64,000 nucleotides of DNA from Octopus bimaculoides (lineage: Eukaryota): assembly GCF_001194135.2 (NCBI RefSeq), contig NC_068999.1, positions 45,608,255 to 45,672,254 on the forward strand, in the 5' to 3' direction. Within the stretch, counting starts at the first letter, position 1, and every line of letters begins with the position of its first letter. A model generated the notes under the pieces. That model was not told the origin of the DNA and did no database searches. It worked only from the letters and a program-made list of their open reading frames with translations. Of the stretch, positions 26,963-40,620 are shown piece after piece. The position numbers and the translations under genes are program-made.

Positions 26963-27374
26963 GAGAGATACACTTGAAAATGAGTAACGATAGAGTGTTA
27001 AACTTCCAGTAACATCATGCTTAGAAGCCCTTCTATTTTAGCCAAGTTCTAAAAAGATACTTGCCTTTGTGTTGAGGCAGTCAACACAATCAAAGGATTG
27101 AGGCTTCAATTCCTAGACCAGGTGGAGTATTGCATTCTTGAGCAAAACACTTCTTCTCAAATTCTTCTGCAATCATTTCACCTCCTGACGTGTGGTATAC
27201 TGTGTACCTGTCCAGACAGCATCAGTCTGATGGGGGGGATGGACTTCTTTACAGCACAAACATTTCACCTTTATAAACAAATCATTTTTTATTAGTTGTT
27301 CTCCATAAAATTTCAAACCCATCTTTCCTGACTACAAGAGACTACCATCATATCATCTCATGTATATGTATACA

Positions 27375-27919
27375 AGTGTGTGTGTGTGTGTGTTTATATT
27401 TATTCATATATATGTATGTGTGTGTGTGTGTGTTTATATTTATTCATATATATGTGTGTGTGTGTGTGTTTATATTTATTCATATATATGTATGTGTTTG
27501 TGTGTGTGTTTATATTTATTCATATATATATGTGTGTGTGTGTGCTTAAATTTATTCATATATATGCATGTGTGTTTATATTTATTCATATATATGTATG
27601 AGTGTGTGTGTTTGTGTGTGTTTATATTTATTCATATATGTGTATGAGTCTGTGTGTGTTTATATTTATTCATATATATGTCTGTGTGTGTGTGTTTGTG
27701 TGTGTATTTATATTTATTCATATATACGTATGTGTGTGTGTATTTATATTTATTCATATATATATGTATGTGTGTGTGTTTATATTTATTCATATATATG
27801 TATGTGTGTGTGTATGTTTGTGTGTGTTTATATTTATTCATATATATGTGTGTGTATGTGTTTATATTTATTCATATATATATATGTGTGTATGTGTGTG
27901 TTTATATTTATTCATATAT

Positions 27920-27951
<32 letters not shown>

Positions 27952-27997
27952 TTATATTTATTCATATATGTGTGTGTGTATGTGTGTGTGTGTGTGT
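27375..27997. repeat. Minisatellite: fixed core tttatatttattcatata plus variable (TA)/(TG) run, about 18 copies
   Basis: The core recurs every 28-45 bp. Confidence 0.92.
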
Positions 27998-28253
27998 CAA
28001 TATTTCTACGATATAATATATAGATTTATAGCTCAATGTCATAACAGTTCCTGTTTCCAATAATTCTCCACATTCATCATTTATTAGTAAATTTAATATT
28101 CAGTAAGTTATTAATGTTAAACAAATCATTAATATTAATCAGATCATTAATAATCAAGCTCTGTCAAAATCCAGCAAAAGACTAATTATCTGTCAACCAA
28201 ATTTCATGTCATTATCTTTGAACTTATCACAATTATTATTATTATCATTATTA

Positions 28254-28311
<58 letters not shown>

Positions 28312-28364
28312 GTAGTATGCGTATACTTAGTGATTTGTTATTGTGTATGTATATATGTATGTTA

Positions 28365-28396
<32 letters not shown>

Positions 28397-29088
28397 TTTA
28401 ATGGATATGGTTATTGCTGCTTAACCCCAGGCTAAGACTTGTCCGAGTAGATTTATGATTAATGACATTCTGGCAGTTTGGTGGGAAAGATTCGTGTGGG
28501 GGGGAGGGGATGAAATCGTGCATCTAGAATTAGTTATTTAACCCCAGGTCAGATCTTACCACATACACTCACCATTTAATCATTTCTCCTTGATGGAACG
28601 GGGAGTCCATTGTACAGGTAGACCCAGTGTAGCCCGAATTGACTAGACATCTGATCAGACATTCCAGTCGTGACCGTCCTGTCTGTTTGTATACCAAACA
28701 AAAAAAGTGACCATTGAGTTGTACCTTATTTCACGACAGAAGTGTGTGATTTGAGAGAGATTTGGCTGTTATTTCTGTTGGGTCAAACAAACATGTACAG
28801 GTTACTTTGCTGGTTTACAATATATCTTCACCAGAAGGAAAACCATTTTGTGCAAAACTAATTTCCTGTTCTCATACGTGGGGGGNNNNNNNNNNGGGGG
28901 GGCTGTGTGTGTATGTGTGTGTGTGTGTGTATGTGGTCATACTCAGCATTGAGTCTAATTCCATTTTACATACATACACACACACACATGTATGTATATA
29001 TATTTTTGATGTCCTGTACCCATATATGCATGTATATATACATATATATGTAGGTATGTACATATATGTATGTATATATGCATATATT

Positions 29089-29129
<41 letters not shown>

Positions 29130-29509
29130 NNNNNNNNNNNNNNNNNNNNNNNNNNNNNNNNNNNNNNNNNNNNNNNNNNNNNNNNNNNNNNNNNNNNNNN
29201 NNNNNNNNNNNNNNNNNNNNNNNNNNNNNNNNNNNNNNNNNNNNNNNNNNNNNNNNNNNNNNNNNNNNNNNNNNNNNNNNNNNNNNNNNNNNNNNNNNNN
29301 NNNNNNNNNNNNNNNNNNNNNNNNNNNNNNNNNNNNNNNNNNNNNNNNNNNNNNNNNNNNNNNNNNNNNNNNNNNNNNNNNNNNNNNNNNNNNNNNNNNN
29401 NNNNNNNNNNNNNNNNNNNNNNNNNNNNNNNNNNNNNNNNNNNNNNNNNNNNNNNNNNNNNNNNNNNNNNNNNNNNNNNNNNNNNNNNNNNNNNNNNNNN
29501 NNNNNNNNN

Positions 29510-29548
<39 letters not shown>

Positions 29549-29895
29549 CATTGATACATAAGATATGCACACATATAATACAAAGTTACACACACACATA
29601 CTCACATATATGTATACATACATACAGAGAAAGAGAGTGAGAGAGAGAGAGAGAGAGAGGGAGAGAATATATATAGATATATTTTCTACTTCCATGTGTT
29701 AAGTGCTTTTTCAGGTAATGTTTCACCATTTTCGTGTAAAATTTACACATTAACATGCACACATCAACACACACACACACACACACACACAGGTATGTAT
29801 GTATAAAGCTAAAAACTTGGTATACACCATCAGATGGCTTATCGACTAATTGCTTCACCCAAAGGCTATTCTGTCTGTCTGTCCATCTGTCTCTT

Positions 29896-29933
<38 letters not shown>

Positions 29934-30507
29934 GTCCTTCCATTTATAGAGTTAGGGTTATTTACCCCAACAGTCCATTTCGCTGTCTAAAACACCTAAA
30001 CACATCTATTTCTCACCTCTGCCAATCAATGACTCCTTCTCGCCAAATTGCATTGTGGGAAAAATGCATCAGGAAAATTTCCTGAGTTTCAAGAATCTCC
30101 AGGAAATCCATTCGACTTCTGCTGCAACTGCTGTCTCAGAATGTCATCATTTATTTCTTTCTACACCTTCTACACACTGGCCTCGGCTACGACTACACAA
30201 TATTTACCTTTTTTTATCTGGTTTCAGTGTTGAGTTTTCTTCGTGTGTGTGTGTGTTGTTGGCTATTACTAAATGCATTCATATTGTAATTCTTCTTTTA
30301 TTCATTCACGCGTTCTTCTATTCTGCTATTCTTTCATTCTCTCGTCATTCATTTCCATCACTGAACATGAGCGTTTTTTGGTTTGTTTTTTTTTTTTTTT
30401 TTTTTGTTAGTTACAAAAGATTTGTAATACTTCATGTGTGTATGTATCTGCACAACGTGTATTTCCACATGTGTGTGCATGTATATGAATTTGTGTTTGT
30501 GCATACC

Positions 30508-30565
<58 letters not shown>

Positions 30566-30840
30566 CAAACATACATACATGGATACATACAGATACACAC
30601 ATACGTGCTCGTTCACATCTATTTTTATATTTATAGTTATACGTATGCATGTATACATGTATACAGATGTTTGTGTGTGTGTGTATGTGTGTGTGTGCAC
30701 GTAAGCATATAAAGAGAGAAAGAATTGTGTATATATAGGAATTGCTTAAGCATAGATGTTGACATAGCTGAGAATTTAAGGATTTTGCTGTCAATCATGA
30801 AGCTCTGGGTTCAATCCCACTGCGTGACAAGTAGCTGAGG

Positions 30841-30950
30841 TATACTCGACCACTTGCACCATAACACTCTCCAGAATTTCAGACACCACTTCTCTGATTT
30901 CTATATTGATGTTCTCTTTCAGTTGCACCAGTGACTTTTGGGACATCCTG
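30841..30950 (-). mobile_element. Tc1/mariner-derived short remnant
   Basis: The minus strand begins TA|caggatgtcccaaaagtcac (TIR-like) and encodes QLKENINIEIREVVSEILESVM, which resembles Tc1-family transposase C-termini. Confidence 0.4.
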
Positions 30951-31215
30951 TATATGTAAATGATTTGTAGGGATACCATATTCCATTATGCAACCATAAT
31001 ATATACTACAAAGTATATTAAATACTTTATAAGTCAGTACTGTGTCCTCCTGTGTTAGCAGTGCTGTTAAATCACTTGTTAAGTTTATCTCTACAAATTT
31101 TCAGTGCTGGCTATAATTTCTATAAATGACCTGTAGAGATAGCCTTAACAAGCATATATACGTATATCTATATGTGTATATGTATGCAGTCACCATATTT
31201 AATTCTATAACAACT

Positions 31216-31530
31216 ACCTCTGATGAGCACAGGGTTACATACTCGGACTGTTATCTATCACTCCGTTGAACCCCTAGTGTGAAACTGATTGGTTAGATCA
31301 ACTGTAATGGATATATAACACTGTACACTTCGACCACATGATAGATCACTAGCCACAACACATTCTTTATTTTCTCTCCTTGTTTCTTTCTGTGTTCCTT
31401 TCTGTGGAAGAGCATAGGCTCGAAATGTTAAAGACTTTTCCACTTCCCGAGCATTATACTAATACATCTGTTTGTTGTCTACACCACCTGTCTTCGTCTT
31501 TTGTTTTTTTTTGTGAATTCCCCCTACATA
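31216..31530 (+). mobile_element. Probable Penelope-like pseudo-LTR remnant with decayed hammerhead-like motifs
   Basis: CTGATGAG..CTCGGAC at 31220, and CTGTGGA-A-GAGC-ATAG-GCTC-GAAA-TGTTA-AAG at 31402. Confidence 0.4.
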
Positions 31531-31531
31531 T

Positions 31532-31564
<33 letters not shown>

Positions 31565-31695
31565 TATTATATATGTATGCATATATATATATATATGTAT
31601 GTACATCTATATATATATGTATATGTATGTATGTATGTATATATAGCTTTATGTATATATATGTATATGTGTATATGTATATATGTATATCTATG

Positions 31696-31734
<39 letters not shown>

Positions 31735-32397
31735 ATCTATATATAAATTTATATATATATATGCACGTACTCCCACACACTGTCAAAAACTGAATATCAA
31801 TCTATTTTCTCATATTTTCATTTTCATATTGGATACCAGCAACTTGTACATAAATCTTATCTCATGTTATTCTATCAGTGTCTTATAGAATGCTGATCAT
31901 TATTGATATTTGTGGTTCAATACACAAGAATTTGAGAAAAAAAATGAATGAATTTTATAGAAATTCATGCCAGAGTGGTTTATACTTACATTTTCTTCGA
32001 ATGTCATCCATATTTTTTTCAAATAAAGTTTGATAATTCTTTAAATTTAGGTACTTGCATAAATTTCAAGAAAATTTTTTTTGACACTCAGCATCGTCAA
32101 ACCATGGAACAAATTCTCTGTTTCTGTTCTTAGCTGTCAGGACACAGGACACTGCATCCTTCAAAACTTCCATGCTCCCCAAAATTCACCAGTGCTGCTC
32201 CTGATGTGTCTATGCCCTTTTTCCTGATTATGGCTCTTTTATTGTTCATTTTTCTATCTTTCTTTTTTTTATTGTGTACTGTGAACATACTTTTAATTTT
32301 CATTGCTGTCTTTTTTTGCCTTCATTTGACTTATTTCTGCTTTCTGTCCCCTCTTTTACCCTTTTACCATGATTGTAGTACACCGCAGCACTGCATA

Positions 32398-32648
32398 GAA
32401 TAAGCATATTAAGTACTCCACAGGCATGGGTACCCTTAACATAGTTCTCAGGGAGATTCAGCATGACACAAAATGTGACAGGCCTGGCCCTTTTAATTAC
32501 AGGTACAACTCATTTTTACCAGCTGCGTGGACTGGAACAACGTGAAATAAAGTGTCTTGATCAAGGACACAACATGCTACCTGGAATCGAACTCACGTCC
32601 TTATGATCTTGAGCCAGGTACTCTAACTACTGAGCTACATGCTTCCAC
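32398..32648 (-). mobile_element. SINE, head A + tail A
   Basis: Reverse complement of 6596-6850. Confidence 0.85.
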
Positions 32649-34202
32649 AACACCACAACTATCACCAATCCTCAACCACAGAATCTCATTACACAGAGCT
32701 TCTGTTACACCTCTTCCATCTTTATATATTCTCTTATCTGCAAACTTTACGACACTTTTTACGTTGGTTAAGCAGGCTGTCACTTCAAGAATGATGGACT
32801 GTTCCATTAACCATTTCTCCAATATATGGCATCTTGCTGCTCCATAAGTCCACATATCCATGGAAATGCAAGAAACAATATTTCATTTTTGAACTTGTAC
32901 CAAATCACTAATTCGTTTAAATGAAACATTTTTTCTCTCCCACTCTTACACCTCCACCACAATTTTTCCCTTCACCTCACTTTTGCCTGCTTCTTCTCAT
33001 TTCGTTTCTCTTTCCTTCAACATCTCTCACCAAGCTTTCCTCTCCTCCTACTCCCTGTCTACATATGAAAGTCACATTATGTGTTCCTCATCAGCTGCAG
33101 CCAATTTCTCAAATAGAGAGGATGTAAGACTCCTCCTTTCTTCCTTTTATTTCCTTCCTGTCAACTTTATCCCAAGGTAGGACTCTGTCTGAAATATTGG
33201 AATTTTCCACTTCCCCTCAGCAATATCATTTTACTATTTCTGTTGATTTTTCTAAACTTACGTTAAAACTAATATTTATCTTATTTGTCTATAAAAATAG
33301 ATCTGTTTCAGATATCAGCTCTCATTCTAATATTTTTCATTTCCCTTTTGTTACGAGATAAAGTGATAATTCCTTAGAAATTCTAAAATAAAGATCAATC
33401 AGAGATCTTCAGATTGGCTTTCTTTTTTCTCTTTTTCTTTTTTCTTTTTCCTTTTTTTTTTTTTATTTTTGTTAGATGTTTGGTTAAAAGAACACAGCAA
33501 AACTCTTAGAAATGTAAAAAGGGTCTGGACTTACTTTCTTGCTCTTTACATCTGACACATCCTTCACCTCCCACCACCACCACCATCATCATCATCACCA
33601 AACACTATTAGATCTTATAGATATTCCTATTTTTATCTCAACTGTTTTAGGAATTGCCCTTCAGACAATATCTGATGGAACATGGAAATTAAGAAAGTAA
33701 ATAAATAGATAAATATTTTTCTCTTAAATTTCTTCAAATTGAACTAAAAAACTAGAAAGAAATTTCTTTCATTGATTTTATTCTTTTTTTTTTTTTTTGT
33801 TTTTGTTTAACCAAAAACAATTAATTCTTTCAAGATAAGAAAATAAAAGCGAGGAAGCATGACAGAGGCTGAAAATGAAGAAGACAATAACAAGAAGAAG
33901 AAATGTAGTTTAACTGTAATTCAAAACCCAGGAGACATAACAACAGAAAAATTTAGTAATTATTTGTAACTCCCCCACATTTTTTTATTATTTGGGGTTT
34001 TTTAAGTTTGTGCCGTTTTCTGCTACTTCCAGGTTAAATCAATAAATCCGACATAAGAGGTAAATAAGTTTGTTAATAGTTGGAGATTATCTTACAGTAA
34101 AGGATTTGCAATGCTTTTGTTTTTAAATGTTTATCCCTGAATCATGGAACTCTAACTAATCCAATAAATTAAGTACCAGTTGCATACTGGGGTTGATCTA
34201 AT

Positions 34203-34464
34203 CCCGGTTTCTATGGCGTATGTGTTCCCCCCAGCTGGACGGGGCGCCAGTCTATCGCAGCATTACTCAAGAAACAAGAAGAAAGAGTGAGAGAAAGTTG
34301 GGGCGAAAGGGTACCACAGGGGTCACCACCACCCCCTGCCAAAGCCTCATGAAGCTTTAGGTGTTTTCGCTCAATAAACACTCACAACATCAGGTCTGGA
34401 AATCGAAACCGCGATCCTCCGACCGCGAGTCCATTGCCCTAACCACTGGGCCATTGCACCTCCA
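34203..34464 (-). mobile_element. tRNA-derived SINE, head B + short tail (gctgcgatagactggcgccccgtccag..tacgccatagaaaccggg)
   Basis: The head is nearly identical to 44887-45090 (ggaggtgcaatggcccagtggttagggc..gtttcgatt) but the tail is different. Confidence 0.88.
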
Positions 34465-34928
34465 CTTGGACATGCTGTGCAGAAACCTAAAAGTTAGAGT
34501 GGTCAAAGTTAATTAACATTTGCAAACAAACATATCTAAAGGTAAAATAATATTAACTGGTTTGGCTGACAGTCAACAGTGCCATAGGTTGTCGAATTCT
34601 TCTTCCAAAGTTAACTTAACCTTCTAGTCGTTTGGGATTAATAATATAAGATAACATAAATCTAATATTCTCCGAGATAAGTAGATGAAGGTAACCCTTA
34701 TCGGATATGTTGATCCTTGGATCACCAACTGTTTGATTTAGTAATCCCATGCCATGGGGCTGCTTAACTGGAATTACCTGGTATTGCTATCCAATAATGT
34801 AACATGAAAAATCCTTCAGAAGACTCAAAATATATTGATAACGGATACATTAATTCCCTGAATTTCTGAGTTGGTTCGAAGATAAAACTGCACAGAAAAC
34901 AAAAGTTTATAGAAAAGCATTTATTTTG

Positions 34929-34981
<53 letters not shown>

Positions 34982-35149
34982 TTCTCTTTCTCTGTATGTA
35001 TGTATATATACAGATGGAGACACACACACACGTGCCCATGCATGCATGTATATTATATAAATGGATTTATTTAAATAACTACTGAAAAACGTATCCATAA
35101 CGGACATGTAATACATTTATATAATAAATATACATCGTTTCATCCGCAA

Positions 35150-35185
35150 CATACATATATATATATATATATCCATATCTATCTA

Positions 35186-35227
<42 letters not shown>

Positions 35228-35338
35228 TGTATGTATATATACACACATATACATATATATATATATGTATGATATATATATGAATATATGTATATATATA
35301 TACATATATATGTAAATGTATATATACATATATATATG

Positions 35339-35371
<33 letters not shown>

Positions 35372-35410
35372 ATGTAAATGTATATATACTTATACATATA
35401 TATATGTGTG

Positions 35411-35456
<46 letters not shown>

Positions 35457-35459
35457 TAT

Positions 35460-35490
<31 letters not shown>

Positions 35491-35545
35491 CATATATATA
35501 CACACACACATACATACACACACACATGCACACATACACGCACTC
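35150..35545. repeat. (TA)n/(CA)n compound microsatellite
   Basis: Direct observation. Confidence 0.95.
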
Positions 35546-36757
35546 AAATAACTAAAGGTGGCCTGGTATAAATGTTACCCTATGTCATTTAGCACTAAAA
35601 CAAGATGTAACATTAATTCTATGATGGAATGAATGGCGCTATAAGAACCATCCAGCTGTAAAATGTCTGACCTGAGTATAAATAAAACCGTTTCAAGTTA
35701 TTAACAATTAATATTCATTAATTGTTTCTTTATTCAACCATACGAACCAGCGTAGGAAATTGTCTTCTTCACATGATGGATGGTATTACTTATTTGTGGT
35801 CAGATTAGAAATCTCCAGATGCTGTCAAATTTTCTCTTGGATTTACTGAAGGACTGACAGACGTCGGCTTTAGACAGACAGACAGATAAGAGACAGATGA
35901 TTCGATAAGAATTTGAGGAATCAATTAACGGTGGAATGTTCCAGAAAGAAATCTGCTGTTCCTGCAGTTCTCTGTTTTGGATGGCTAAGATTGGTTGAAT
36001 ATATTTCATTTAAAATGTTGAAGGTTAAGACAGGGGCACTGGGAATATTGTGTGAAAGAGCAAGTGTAAATGAAAGGGGATAGGCTGTGTGTTTGTGCGT
36101 GCATAGAGTGTATGGTAGAGAGAGAGAGAGAGAGACAGAGCCTCTGTGTGTGCATACATGTGTATAAGTGGGAGAGAGAAAGAGAGTTTGTGTGTGTGAC
36201 TTTGTATATAGAATCCATGATAGATAGAAAGATAGATTAACGTAGAGTGAAAAATGTAGGAATCATAATAACAATGTTTATTTTGATTTTGTACTTTGGA
36301 TATTATGGAAGCAGAGATTGCTTTCTTGAAACAGAAGCATGTTATCTCTGCCATGCATCTTCAAAAAGGATTATCTCTAAATTTTATTAATCACATTTAT
36401 TTATTTTTTGTAACATAAAAACACATTCTAAATTAAATATATTTCAAGCAATAAAAAGATCGTCTTTTTTTTTTTACCTTTTTCTTCTTTTTTTTTTGTA
36501 AATATTTATAGACATTTTGATCTTAAACTTCTAAAAATCATCTAACTATAGACCAAGTGTAAATTGAGAAAATTGGCAGACCATTGGTGATTATAGTAAT
36601 TGTAGCAAGTGTGTTTATGATAAATTTAAATTCTGTGAGAACAGTAGTCTATACTTCGGCAAAGAAGCTTTTACAAATAATTTTTGATTAAACCATTATG
36701 GGTAAGTCATTTTTCGGAGCGGTGTTGGCATATTAACAGTTAACCGGGGATTAACTA

Positions 36758-37322
36758 TGAGGGCGAGTCAAAAAGTAATGCCATTTTGTTTAGGACAGGT
36801 ATAATTACCAACACAGGAACATGTATCATACATCAAAATGAAGCTGGTCCTCTGTGGATCACATCCCTACTTCTCAACATAGTCACCGTTTCTCTCAACA
36901 GCAATGTTCCACCTTCGAATGAGAGCATGTATCTCTGCCCCGTAAAATTCTGTTGGCTGTTCTTTGAGCCACTTCTTCACTACAGTTTTCACTTCCTCGT
37001 CACTGGAATAATGTTTGCCTCTTAAACCCTCTTTTGTGGCGCCAAAGAGATGATAGTCTGAAGGTGCTAAATCTGATGATGAGGAAGTGAAAACTGTAGT
37101 GAAGAAGTGGCTCAAACAGCAGTCAACAGAATTTTTACGGGGCAGGGATACATGCTTTCATTCGAAGGTGGAACATTGCTATTGAGAGAAAAGGTGACTA
37201 TGTTGAGCAGTAGGGATGTGATCCACAGAGGACCAGCTTCATTTTGATGTATGATACATGTTCCTGTGTTGGTAATTATACCTGTCCTAAACAAAATGGC
37301 AATACTTTTTGACTCACCTTTG
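36758..37322. mobile_element. Mariner-derived fold-back element: two inverted copies of the transposase 3' end plus TIR, flanked by TA
   Basis: TA at 36756-57 and 37323-24. Arms 36758-37002 and 37077-37322 are reverse complements (about 95% by eye). The minus strand encodes DLAPSDYHLFGATKEGLRGKHYSSDEEVKTVVKKWLKEQPTEFYGAEIHALIRRWNIAVERNGDYVEK, the mariner YSPDLAPxD region and C-terminus. Confidence 0.93.
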
Positions 37323-38079
37323 TATATCCATTTACACCCGGTTTTAATGGTTAATTCTAGGACTCATGAATCTTCATTTTCATTGAAGTCTGTTGTTTAT
37401 GATATTCCTTGGTGTTACTACTTAAACGGAGCATATTTGGCTACTATTCTCAATATGGAATTGTAAAATGGAATTCCTAATTCCTTTACACTATCCATTG
37501 AGATAATTGGAAACAGCGCTTGTAGCGTTTAGACAGTAATCTTCCCTCTCCTTTTTTCGGAGGGTGCCTAATGAGAACCAAGTAAGTTTGGAAAGGAAAG
37601 CTGACATTTCAGCAACATCAATTGACCCCATTTTCCTTGCATTTACAGCGCCAATAATTAGCTTAAAGCGATGTCAAATTTGACTTGATTGGAGAGAGAA
37701 TTGGTCTCCAGCTTGTGTCACAAACTCTCTGAACTTCACATTTTTCAGCCAACCCTGGGAAAGTAATGTATACATATATGTATATAGGTACGTTTGCTTG
37801 CATAAGTGTACGTGTGTGTGTGTGTGTGTGTGGTGTGCTAAATATATTTTGTGGATGTTTTATTTTTAGACCGTATAAACACACGAAAACAAAACAATGG
37901 ACGGAGATTTCATAATTTATATAAGAGGACGTGAAAATGAGGATGATGATCAAGACGGCAGCGATGACGGATTGCTAAGATCTTAGGCAAGTTACATAGC
38001 AGAATGGATCTGCTCAAAAACTTGTTATTCCTCAAATTTCTGGCCAAACTTTTACTTTTATTCTTTCCAAACTCCTCTA

Positions 38080-38113
<34 letters not shown>

Positions 38114-38279
38114 GCCTGCAGCTAAGTTCTGTACTCTATCAATTCTGTCATTCACTACTCCCTTTTTCCCCCACTTTCATTAGTAGTAGTAGTAGGAGGA
38201 GGAGGAGGAGGAGGAGAAGGAGAAGAAGAAGCAGCAGCAGGATGGTTTCTTAGTTAGGCAGAAGGCTAGTAAATATGAA

Positions 38280-38600
38280 TGGAGGTAGTCAGTACTTTCA
38301 CCCACATACGGGCATGTTTTGTGTGAACGTTTGAGTCTCCTTGTCTTAATACGGTGTCCCCCATTCCTGCCTTCCATGAAAACATGTTCAGTAGTGGAGA
38401 AATATCGTTTTGCTTTGAAACTGGTGGAGAGTTGGTGACAGGTAGAGCATCCAGCTGTCAAAAATTTACCTTAGTATATTCTGTCTCATTTAGAAAGTTG
38501 GTGACAAGAAGGACATCCAGCTGTCGAAAATCTACCTCAGCAAATTCTGTCCAATTTTTGCAGCAAACATTGCAAAATGGAAGCTAAACTGACGAATATA
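38280..38600 (+). mobile_element. Decayed F-type SINE with duplicated core
   Basis: gttggtgaca.g.ag..catccagctgtc occurs twice (about 38430 and 38497). The upstream part resembles the reverse complement of 23340-23520. Confidence 0.6.
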
Positions 38601-39394
38601 ACTACAAACAAGAAATTTACAAGATTTGCGTTAATTTAACCATTTCTAATGCTGGCTTTTGCATTCTATTTTTTCCTAAGCTGTAGCTATCATTGTTAAT
38701 GGCTTGTGTGCTTAATCAAGTACTTTATTTTTCCCTCACTAACACTATTACGATGACGAGGATAAAAATGTTCAAGAGTAGATTTCTGAAACAAGATGTT
38801 GGCTTAGCATAAAATGTTCCGTGACATAAATGAAGCATTTGAATGACAGCTGTCTTTCCTTACAAGACTCCTGTCAGTTCTTTTTATATTCCTTCTGTCT
38901 CTTAGACTGCCATGTGACAAAAAAAAAAAACTTTGGTTTTTTTTGTTCTTTCCAAAGAACCACAAGCTTGTCAAGTTACCGTTCCATAATAAAAAAAAAA
39001 AGAATTACTTTTGCTGTTCTCAGATTGTTGCTTATAACAATATCTCCTCCATTGCTGTCTCTTTGCCTTTCGTTATTTACTTGTTTCTTTCATTTGACAG
39101 TGGCCATGCTACAGCACCACCTTGAGGGGTATAGTCAAGCAAATCAACCTCGGTGCTAAATTTTTTTTTGAAGTCTGCTACTTGTTCTGTCAGTCTCTTT
39201 TGCTTAGGGCAACAAATTTGGTGTGGGAAACAAATTAACGAGCAATCTGCTGCACAGTTTTAATTTAGATCATTTAATTCAGATCATGGAACCAGGAATG
39301 GTCAATATCAGGCTGATTGATATCAAAAGAGTTAAACATCCCTGTAAAGCTTGGAAGCCACGATAAACTGAAGAAGGGAAATAAAAAGGGTAAG

Positions 39395-39690
39395 GACCCC
39401 TTTCAGTCATGAATGATCATGCGGTTGTACCTAGAAAGTTCCTCTCTAAGGCACAAGTCCAGGCAAGGTTGTTTATGGAAGACCAGCAGTCGCCCATGCA
39501 TACCAGCTTCCCCTCTCCATGCCACTGATGTTGTCCAAGGGAAAGGCAAAAGGGGCCGATACAGCTTGGCACCAGTGACATCAAAGCTCATTTCTACAGC
39601 TGAGTGAACTGGAGCAACGTGAAAGAACACAACACACAGCCTGGTCCGGGAATCAAATTCACAATCTCATGATTGTGAACCCGACACTCT
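39395..39690 (-). mobile_element. SINE, head A-like + tail C
   Basis: Reverse complement of 19878-20180. Confidence 0.82.
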
Positions 39691-39985
39691 AATGACGTCT
39701 CTTTGGCTTAACCACTAAGTTACTGGGATGTAAACAAACCAACACTTGTTGTCAAGCAGTGGGATGTGGGACAAATAACACTGGAGCATGACATGGCCCT
39801 GTCACTTGTCAATTCCCTGTCAAATCACCACAATGTGTGTGTAATTGTATGTGTATTTGTGTTGGATGGGTAAGTGTGTATGCTTGTGTGTGTGTGTGTA
39901 TGTAAGATTCTGTTTTGGGTGGGTGGGCATGTAGGTGTGTGTACCTGTATGTCTGTGTGTTGTATGTATATATGTTTTTGTATGT

Positions 39986-40262
39986 GAAGGCATGTGGCTC
40001 AGTGGTTAGTGCATTTGGCTCACAGTCATAAGTTCGTGAGTTCAATACCCATCGACACATTGAATCCTTAAGCAAGACACTTTATTTCAAGTTGCTCCAG
40101 TCCACTCAGATGGCAAAACTGAGTTGTACCTGTAATTTCAAAGGGTCAACCTTTGTCACAATGAATCTCCCTGAAAATCTATTTACATAAAGGGTAGACA
40201 TGTCTGTGGAGTACTCAGCCAATTGCACATTAATTTCACAAGCAGGTTTTTCTGTGGATTGT
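39986..40262 (+). mobile_element. SINE, head A + tail A
   Basis: Colinear with 6596-6880. Confidence 0.85.
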
Positions 40263-40589
40263 CAAGGATGGAATGCCAGTTACATGTATGTGTATGTGGT
40301 TGTATATAGGTATGTTATACATTTTGGATGGGCGTGTGCATGTATTTGTGTAGTCACGGGTGTATATTGTGTGTGTGTGTGTGTGTGCTGTGCTCTCTTT
40401 TTTGTGTCTACAACCCCTGGCTGATTTGTAGACACATCACCATGATATATGACAAGTATTGAGAACTTTAAACCTAACAGAGTCCAACCCTCTCCAAACC
40501 TGACTACCTTTTGAGTTTTCCTTCAGAGAAATAGTGTTACACATGCAAATACATATATAAATACATACATACATACATATACATATATA

Positions 40590-40620
<31 letters not shown>

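Noticed and set aside
27375-27997. CRISPR-like repeat-spacer appearance (also 1240-1935)
   Set aside because: The apparent spacers are simple dinucleotide runs, not unique sequence; the context is eukaryotic and there are no cas genes.
36867-37115. 82-aa mariner ORF as a functional or domesticated transposase
   Set aside because: It covers only the C-terminal fragment, and its apparent N-terminus comes from the inverted arm.
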